From sequence record LC592711.1: a stretch of 64,000 nt of DNA; one strand, given 5' to 3'. The notes below the pieces were generated by a model that saw only the letters and a program-made list of their open reading frames with translations, did not search any database and was not told the DNA's origin. Made by a program: the position numbers and the translations under genes. Below are positions 57,832-64,000 of this stretch, piece after piece. Each line of letters begins with the position of its first letter. Within the stretch, counting starts at the first letter, position 1.

Positions 57832-59462
57832 TAGTGCAGTGTCCTCGTATTAAACATTTTGTGCATCCGCGCCAGCTTAGCTGGGTCGGGTCTGCGTGCT
57901 TGTTCGCTGTAGTTGTACAGGTGATTCACCACCGACGACACGATCGGTTTGGGCAACGGCATGTTGTCGCCGATCTTGCGCGGGCCGGACAGTTTCCACG
58001 CACCGAAGTGCGGCGCCAGATAACGGAGTTCATCCGTCGTCCAGTTGTCCATGGTCAGGAAGCCGAACATCTGATCGCCATCGAAGTCAGCATTCGGGCC
58101 AGCCACCGAAATGATCGGATAGCTGATCGACATGATCTTCGGATTGGTCTTGATCTTGGTCACGAACATCCGCTGGATCGAAGTACGATACATGGACGGA
58201 TTGCGACCGAAGATAACCGGAATACCACGGCGAACTTTGATCTCGCGAAGCTCGATCTCTCCATTCTCCAGATACTTCGGTTTCATCTGACCATCGACAA
58301 TCGAAGCTTCGATTGTCGGCGACAGTTCGTACGGCGACTCATCCAGAAGCTCGTCGAAGAGTTCTTCGAGCAGCGGATGATGGACGTGCGTATGCGCATT
58401 CAGAAAGTACGATGCGTCGTTGTGGCCAAAACCACGACGGAACAACTTACCCATCAAGTGCAGACGGAACGTCGTTACTGCCAGAGCCCACGGCAGGTGA
58501 ATCTCGTCATGGTGATGCGGCTCCGTGAGCGAATTGATAACCGCACGGAAGCTGAACCAACAGCGAGTTGCGTAAACGTGTTTCCGTACCAGGCCAGGTT
58601 TGCCGGCGATGAAGTTCTTTTCGTAATCACGCCCGAACTCGGACAATGCTTCCGAAAACTTGGACGCACGGTTTTCCTTTTGGGCAACCGTATAGTCCTT
58701 GATATCGCTGTCGATACCGGAGATGTTCCGGACGGCATCGATAATCGTCTTCAACGTCGTATCCATGTAAGTACCGAACTTGGTGTTCTCGATCACCAGG
58801 ATGGTCTTGTTGTGCACAGGTACGTGTTGCGAGAAGATGCGATCGCGATACATTGCGATAAAGATCTGCATCTCCCTGAGTTTCTCCTTCTTGTCTCTCG
58901 TGGAACTGAATTGTGGAAATTCACAAAGCTGACCGATGATCCAGTCAAAGTTGTGATAGAAGAAGTTCAGCCCGCGCTCGATGCGGCGGTTTTCCAGTTC
59001 GTCCATCCACCGACCATGATGCTGGCGATTCGGACGATAGTCCGTATTCGTCAGATACTTGATGATGTTGAACTTCTGGTTGCTGTTGTTCGAGAGACTG
59101 AAGAAGTCCGACAGCAGACGCCAAGCCTGAGGATTGATCAGTGCATCGACGCCTTTAGGCGCTTCAACCCAGATGATGGGCTCAAGCGGTTTATCCAACA
59201 CAGCCTGAACCGGTTGCTTACATTTTCGACAGACGGTCCCCTTACCGTTTCTATCTACGTGATGCTGACCGAACGTATGCCCACACGAACATTTCGGAAT
59301 CGTGTCAAGCAGATCGGTATCGTTGTACGTCACGAAGAAGTTTTCGTCGAAGGCCGACTTCTCCGTTTCCAGCGTGTCCAGTACCTTATTGACGATGATG
59401 GGGTCTGATGTTATCTGCGAGAATAACTCGTCATAGTTTTGCATTTCCAAATGTGTGCCCAT
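57831..59462 (-). CDS. non-virion RNA polymerase beta' subunit, N-terminal catalytic part (gp55-like)
   Basis: GPNADFDGDQM catalytic motif, CSCGH...CRKC zinc finger, RCWFSFRAVI; start placed at MGTHLE behind AGGAGG. Confidence 0.95.
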   Translation of the reverse strand: MGTHLEMQNYDELFSQITSDPIIVNKVLDTLETEKSAFDENFFVTYNDTDLLDTIPKCSCGHTFGQHHVDRNGKGTVCRKCKQPVQAVLDKPLEPIIWVEAPKGVDALINPQAWRLLSDFFSLSNNSNQKFNIIKYLTNTDYRPNRQHHGRWMDELENRRIERGLNFFYHNFDWIIGQLCEFPQFSSTRDKKEKLREMQIFIAMYRDRIFSQHVPVHNKTILVIENTKFGTYMDTTLKTIIDAVRNISGIDSDIKDYTVAQKENRASKFSEALSEFGRDYEKNFIAGKPGLVRKHVYATRCWFSFRAVINSLTEPHHHDEIHLPWALAVTTFRLHLMGKLFRRGFGHNDASYFLNAHTHVHHPLLEELFDELLDESPYELSPTIEASIVDGQMKPKYLENGEIELREIKVRRGIPVIFGRNPSMYRTSIQRMFVTKIKTNPKIMSISYPIISVAGPNADFDGDQMFGFLTMDNWTTDELRYLAPHFGAWKLSGPRKIGDNMPLPKPIVSSVVNHLYNYSEQARRPDPAKLARMHKMFNTRTLH

Positions 59463-59515
59463 CCAACCTCCTTCAAAGCACGATTGTAAAAGATTTCTAC
59501 TGCAGTATCCAATAG

Positions 59516-59531
59516 ATGATATATCGGTATA
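59516..59531 (-). promoter_or_regulatory. putative early promoter upstream of nvRNAP beta' N-half
   Basis: GATATATCAT about 55 nt before the re-assigned start. Confidence 0.5.
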
Positions 59532-59623
59532 CTTTTTTACATATAGAGACATCTATATAAAAAAACATACGGATAGATCAAAAGAAAAATCCGCAAGACT
59601 CGCTGGATTTTCCTCGACTGTCC

Positions 59624-59908
59624 TTAGTGGACAGTTGCCAATCGGAGTGGTTCCGATTGGTTGACGGTACGGTAGAGTGCTGCTTGTGTTGCATTGAGGT
59701 CATTCAGTTTCCGGCGTCCGTAATCGTTTTCGATCATGAACATCGCTGTTGCAATTTCCACAACCGGTATTTCAGGAAAAGCTTGCATGACTGCGAGAGT
59801 TGCTTCTCGAATCGTTTTACCTGCATCACGCTCTTTGTAATAAGCTTCGCGAATGTTACCGAAACTCAGGAGAGCGGAACTTCTTATTGTGTTCATCTCA
59901 GTTCTCAA
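59624..59908 (-). CDS. small hypothetical protein
   Basis: 94 aa ORF between chimallin terminator and nvRNAP; real start may be MNTIRS. Confidence 0.55.
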   Translation of the reverse strand: MRTEMNTIRSSALLSFGNIREAYYKERDAGKTIREATLAVMQAFPEIPVVEIATAMFMIENDYGRRKLNDLNATQAALYRTVNQSEPLRLATVH

Positions 59909-59917
59909 GTTGACGGC

Positions 59918-59958
59918 AAAAAAGAAAATAGAGAGAGTCCCGAAGGACTCTCTCTATT
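59918..59958 (-). terminator. intrinsic terminator after chimallin
   Basis: 14-bp perfect stem, UUCG loop, U-tract. Confidence 0.8.
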
Positions 59959-59989
59959 CAGTGGGTTACTACTGGCTTACGCCGGCAGC

Positions 59990-61936
59990 TTACCAGCGGT
60001 TGTCGTTGCGATCGGCGCGATCGTAGTAACGATCGTCGTAACGGTCACGCGACTGACGCTGATTGCGATACAGACCACCGCTACCCGGACGGGCCAGGAT
60101 CGTATCGATGTTGCCATACGTGGTGCGATAGCGATCGCTGCCATCGCGGCTGCTCGACGTCGGGTTGAGCGACAGCTTGCAGCGGCTGATTGCTTCGATC
60201 AGCGCTTCGTCGAAACGGGTATCCCAGTTGTAACGCTGGAAGAAGCCCGTGATGACGGCGGTCGGCACGAAGTCACGGATGATTTCGTAGCGTTCCGATT
60301 GCGACAGCGTGTTGTCGTCGTTCGAAGCTGCGGCCATGCCCCACTTCTGGATCAGGAGCAGGTCGTCTTCCTTTTCCGGACGCAGCATGTTCAGCAGCGC
60401 CAGATAGTCGAAGTCGCGCAGGTCGAGGCGCATGCCGCGATCGCCTTCCGTGTAGTAACCGCCATGGATCCGCTCGACGTGGCTGTCGAGGATCGGTTCC
60501 GTACGGTCGTACAGGTCTTCGAAGTGACCGTCGGTCAGCACGCAGCACGCGTCGTAGATGCGATCCATTGCCTTCTGGCTGCCTTGCGCAGCTGCCATCA
60601 GGTCGACATGTTGCCAGGTCGAGGAGCCGCATTCCGGCACGTCGATCGAGTGGATCACGCCGGGACGCACGGTCGTACGCAGCAGAGCCTGACGCTTCGC
60701 AGCGGTGAAGCTCGCGTTCTTCGTTTCCCAGCGCTCGCCGAAGCCGCGTTCCAGATCCTGGAGGTTGGGTTCGATGGCCAGCGCGCCGATGTTGCGCATG
60801 TCGTCTTCACCGACCGAGAGGTTCGGTTCGAAGGCACGCATGATCTCGGCCGATTCACCAACTGCATGAGCCGTCGCGTGAGCGAGCATCATGGTCGTCG
60901 GCGAGAAGTCGACGGTGTCGGTGAACGTGTTGATGAAGCGCAGTGCGTACAGCTGGCATTCTTCGCTGCGACGATCGCCACGACGAGCGTACAGATCGTT
61001 GCGGCTCGACGCGCCGTCGGCCGGAGCGTAGACGAAGTCGAAGTAGCCGCCGACACGCGAGATGCGAGTGCCGGTAACCAGCTGGTCGATCGGGTCGCGG
61101 CTGTTACGGCCACGGTTTTCGCGCGAGACGAGATCGATGATCATGTCAGCACGGACCGGCAGATGGCCACGATCGTAGATGTGGTTCTGGCGGTGCTGGA
61201 TGTGCACGCTGTTGAAGCTGTCGTCGTCGGACTTCAGGCACAGCTGCGGCGCGTCCGGATCGTTGCGATCGATAGCCGTCTTGATGGCGGCGAACGAGTT
61301 CTTCACGCAATCGGCGATTGCCTGCGGATCGTCCTTGGCGGTCGGGAAACCACCGTAGATGACTTCGGCATCTGCCGTGTACAGGTTTTCGTTCGGATAC
61401 GCGTTGCCCAGAACTTCCTTCACGACGTCGCGAACCTTCGAGTCGTAGCCGTCGCCCGGCACTTGCACGACCGTCACGCGATTGCCGCGATAGCTTTCTT
61501 CACGCGGACGCAGCTCTTCGGCCGAGCCGGCGAGCAGGAACGTGTGATAGCCGACGCCCAGCTTTTCCTTGCCACGCTTCTTGCCTGCGATGACGATGCA
61601 GGAGAACGGAATGCCGGCGACCGATGCATCGATCGGGAACACCTGGCAGTCCAGCATGTTGTTGTCGGTCTTGGCCGGCATGGCTTCCACGAAGTCACGA
61701 CGGAACACTTCGAGCGCTTCTGCCGTGCCCGTCATTGCGATCGGGGTCGGGTTCATGCGGCCGATGTTGCTCAGCGATGCCGTACGGATGGTGCCGCTGG
61801 AGCGGCTTTCGTCACGGCGCGACGAGCGTTCTTCTTGTGCACGATCTTCTTGTTCGCGGCGGCTGCCACCTTGCTCTTGCGCACGGCGCATTGCGTCACG
61901 GACTTGCGATTGCTGATCTTTGCCTTCGATGCTCAT
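59990..61936 (-). CDS. chmA: chimallin (major phage-nucleus shell protein)
   Basis: 648 aa from MSIEGK; recalled blocks (RIHGGYY...DLRDFDYLALLN, ITGFFQRY...ALIEA); very high codon bias; upstream of gp55-like gene. Confidence 0.9.
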   Translation of the reverse strand: MSIEGKDQQSQVRDAMRRAQEQGGSRREQEDRAQEERSSRRDESRSSGTIRTASLSNIGRMNPTPIAMTGTAEALEVFRRDFVEAMPAKTDNNMLDCQVFPIDASVAGIPFSCIVIAGKKRGKEKLGVGYHTFLLAGSAEELRPREESYRGNRVTVVQVPGDGYDSKVRDVVKEVLGNAYPNENLYTADAEVIYGGFPTAKDDPQAIADCVKNSFAAIKTAIDRNDPDAPQLCLKSDDDSFNSVHIQHRQNHIYDRGHLPVRADMIIDLVSRENRGRNSRDPIDQLVTGTRISRVGGYFDFVYAPADGASSRNDLYARRGDRRSEECQLYALRFINTFTDTVDFSPTTMMLAHATAHAVGESAEIMRAFEPNLSVGEDDMRNIGALAIEPNLQDLERGFGERWETKNASFTAAKRQALLRTTVRPGVIHSIDVPECGSSTWQHVDLMAAAQGSQKAMDRIYDACCVLTDGHFEDLYDRTEPILDSHVERIHGGYYTEGDRGMRLDLRDFDYLALLNMLRPEKEDDLLLIQKWGMAAASNDDNTLSQSERYEIIRDFVPTAVITGFFQRYNWDTRFDEALIEAISRCKLSLNPTSSSRDGSDRYRTTYGNIDTILARPGSGGLYRNQRQSRDRYDDRYYDRADRNDNRW

Positions 61937-62039
61937 TTTAGTGCTTTCCTGTTTTGGAAGAAATGAAAAGTAGATACGCGTACCAGAATTAGTCACGTAC
62001 GATAAAGAATTGATCGCATTACTAACGCAGATCAACTTT

Positions 62040-62055
62040 GTAATATATCAATGAA
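62040..62055 (-). promoter_or_regulatory. putative early promoter of chimallin (TTCATTGATATATTAC)
   Basis: Contains TATATTAC, the reported phiKZ early -10 consensus. Confidence 0.7.
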
Positions 62056-62237
62056 ATTTATTTAAATCGCACGATATACCACAGCACGCGAACATAGGTG
62101 CTACAACATGCAGACGTTGTCATCTGCACAGTATAGGGGTAAAACAATAACTTTTTATTTCCCTGTACTTTGTCCCTGTCGCATGTTCATGCTATGACTC
62201 TGATTGCTAGAAAATTACCTAATACGGATGTGTTCGC

Positions 62238-63317
62238 ATGCTCAGCATCTTCAACGACCTTCAACCCAGGATGAAAGGTATCATCAGCTTTCCTGAATGG
62301 ACATTCATTCGGGACGGTCTGATGATGAACCTGGACCACACCAACAAGTATTACCGCAGTGGTGCTTATGCGGTAGGTTCCGATCATGAACTGGTCAAGT
62401 TGTTGTTCGGTTTGACAACCAGTACGGATGAAGAACTGGCCACCTATTACAAACGCGTCGATGCAAAAGCATTGACGGTTGCTCAACAATTGGGATTCAC
62501 GACTTCTATCAGTAAGGGACGCATGTTCAACAATGTGTTCTTCTCCGGTAAAAGTCGAGAAGTCATCATCGTTCATAACGAAGACTTCGATCCCCAGCAA
62601 GTTACGGAGAACTGGCGTGATGCTCGTCCGATTCAAATCCTGCGTCATGGCTTTGACTTCATCGATTGTTTTCCTATGCAAGGGCAGCTGGAAAGCTCTG
62701 GAGTCAGCTGCTTCGCCATCAATCTGTCCATGCTCGGCGTGCAGTATCGAGCGTATCGCCAATGGCAAAAAAGCTACGTAACAGAAGAGACAGGTCGTAA
62801 TTCGGTCTATCACTTCCTGTTTGCGTATCCGTTGAACAACATGATTTATGACGCAATGGATCATGCGGTGTTTAACCGTTTGGTGCGTCTGAATCAAGAT
62901 CTACCTACAAGCGACAATCAGTATCGTCATCCGTTTCATGTGACGAACTTCGTGGGTCGTGTGGATCGAATCCTGGGGAAAGTTCTCGATACACTTCGAA
63001 ACAATCCTCTTGACTTTTACAACATCTGCGCCACGATCCCTCTGATCAATCAGGGCAGTTTGCTGGATCTCCTGAAGCTTCCGGACATCTACGAATCGCG
63101 GCAAATCAACTGGGCTATTTACATGGCTCGGATCGATATGCTGTTGTTCCTCCTGAGTTTCGATAACAATCTGAAGATGATGAATCAAAGCGAACTGAGT
63201 AAGATCAAGTACGCACTGAAGCTGTATCTGAAGGATGGTACGATTCAGTCTGCAGTACCGCGCGATCTGTTCGGCAAACAAAAGATCGTCATCGAACGAC
63301 TGGTTGAAAAGATGTGA
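62238..63317 (+). CDS. conserved protein divergent from chimallin (putative virion protein)
   Basis: 359 aa; position recalls phiKZ gp52/53. Confidence 0.55.
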   Translation: MLSIFNDLQPRMKGIISFPEWTFIRDGLMMNLDHTNKYYRSGAYAVGSDHELVKLLFGLTTSTDEELATYYKRVDAKALTVAQQLGFTTSISKGRMFNNVFFSGKSREVIIVHNEDFDPQQVTENWRDARPIQILRHGFDFIDCFPMQGQLESSGVSCFAINLSMLGVQYRAYRQWQKSYVTEETGRNSVYHFLFAYPLNNMIYDAMDHAVFNRLVRLNQDLPTSDNQYRHPFHVTNFVGRVDRILGKVLDTLRNNPLDFYNICATIPLINQGSLLDLLKLPDIYESRQINWAIYMARIDMLLFLLSFDNNLKMMNQSELSKIKYALKLYLKDGTIQSAVPRDLFGKQKIVIERLVEKM

Positions 63318-63318
63318 A

Positions 63319-63354
63319 CATATACCACTCTGGCTTACGCCAGAGTGGTATATG
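63319..63354. terminator. bidirectional hairpin between convergent genes
   Basis: 16-bp perfect stem CATATACCACTCTGGC/GCCAGAGTGGTATATG. Confidence 0.75.
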
Positions 63355-63357
63355 GGC

Positions 63358-64000
63358 TTATGGGTCTGGTGTGAAATTCGACGTGTATTTCGCGTAACTG
63401 TACATCTTGAAGTTATCAAGGTTTCCAATCCACGGGAACTCGGTCGTCGCGCCATTGGCTGTTTCAGAAATACAACCGATGGTCAGTATCTTCGTATTCA
63501 GTGAAAAAGCGGAAGCATTGAAAGTTGTACTTCCGTTCGCAACACCATTCTGATAGATGGTGAAGACATTACCCTGCTTAACGAACGCAGCATGGTATTT
63601 GGTATTCAGGTTGAAACTGTTCGTGGCACCAACGATGGTCAAATGGTTATCGTTTTGTCCGACGCTATAAAACAGCCCAAGCTTCTGGGAACGTCCAGTT
63701 GCATAAAGGGCATAGCCGTTATCGTTGTGATTTCCAAACGTGAAGAAGACAGCTTGACCAAAGTTGCCTTGCTTCAGATTGTAAAAATAGAATTCGAATG
63801 TGAAATCACTGACGAACGGATTAAAATTCCAAGGCGTCGTATCTGTTCGAAGATACGTTGTCGCCGGAGTAACGTTCGTCGATGCAAACAATGCATTCTG
63901 GGATCCAGACAATGCAGGCGTGCTCGCGAGTGTTACTCCTGTGTTTGTGATCGGCCACGCGTTCGGGCTCTTGTCTGTGAAGTCGCCTTCAAAATCAAGA
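63358..64000 (-). CDS. LamG/concanavalin-A-like domain protein, 5'-truncated by the window end
   Basis: Frame stays open to the end (LDFEGDFTDKSPNAW...); DFTFEFYFY, YHAAFVKQGNVFTIYQNG, IGNLDNFKM are LamG-type motifs. Confidence 0.8.
   Translation of the reverse strand, partial: LDFEGDFTDKSPNAWPITNTGVTLASTPALSGSQNALFASTNVTPATTYLRTDTTPWNFNPFVSDFTFEFYFYNLKQGNFGQAVFFTFGNHNDNGYALYATGRSQKLGLFYSVGQNDNHLTIVGATNSFNLNTKYHAAFVKQGNVFTIYQNGVANGSTTFNASAFSLNTKILTIGCISETANGATTEFPWIGNLDNFKMYSYAKYTSNFTPDP

Noticed and set aside
59463-59552. Track starts extending several genes (also 62035, 12242, 30980, 38780, 40191, 25974, 20100, 57172)
   Set aside because: The extensions cross promoter or terminator sequence or neighbouring genes; better RBS-ATG pairs lie downstream.
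59627-61966. 779-aa plus-strand ORF, plus other long plus-strand ORFs (26690-28855, 18302-20107, 16407-18053, 8199-9476, 34310-36019, 57834-59408, 43613-44917, 45654-47000) and minus-strand 14953-16419
   Set aside because: Antisense shadows of strongly codon-biased real genes; no RBS or recognisable motifs.
1-64000. Stop-codon reassignment or alternative genetic code
   Set aside because: Core genes translate full length under the standard code and end in ordinary stop codons.

Overview
This window is from a nucleus-forming, phiKZ-like jumbo phage (Chimalliviridae-type); most genes are on the minus strand. From right to left: a partial LamG-domain gene; chimallin; the nucleus/non-virion RNAP block (beta' N-half with NADFDGD, SbcD-like nuclease, ChmC-like, gp68-like, PicA-like, gp70-like, beta C-half, beta' C-half, SF2 helicase); an ~8 kb accessory region (DUF3307, a very acidic low-complexity protein, an acyl-carrier-protein-like gene, two structured non-coding stretches); a block with a virion RNAP beta' subunit, a probable tail/baseplate chaperone pair, thymidylate kinase and two SPRY genes; a DUF4326-fused split PolB subunit; and a virion structural/inner-head cluster. 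No tRNA, rRNA, CRISPR array, integrase or transposase was seen. Best leads: a GGTTTTTTTT -1 slippery site joining a chaperone-like ORF to its downstream ORF; a ~540 nt structured intergenic region upstream of an ACP-like gene; a hairpin loop with an anti-SD 11-mer complementary to the nvRNAP beta' ribosome-binding site; and two identical 30-bp hairpins in inverted orientation bracketing a 9.8 kb block. Family calls come from motifs read by eye and remembered phiKZ gene order; no database search was run.
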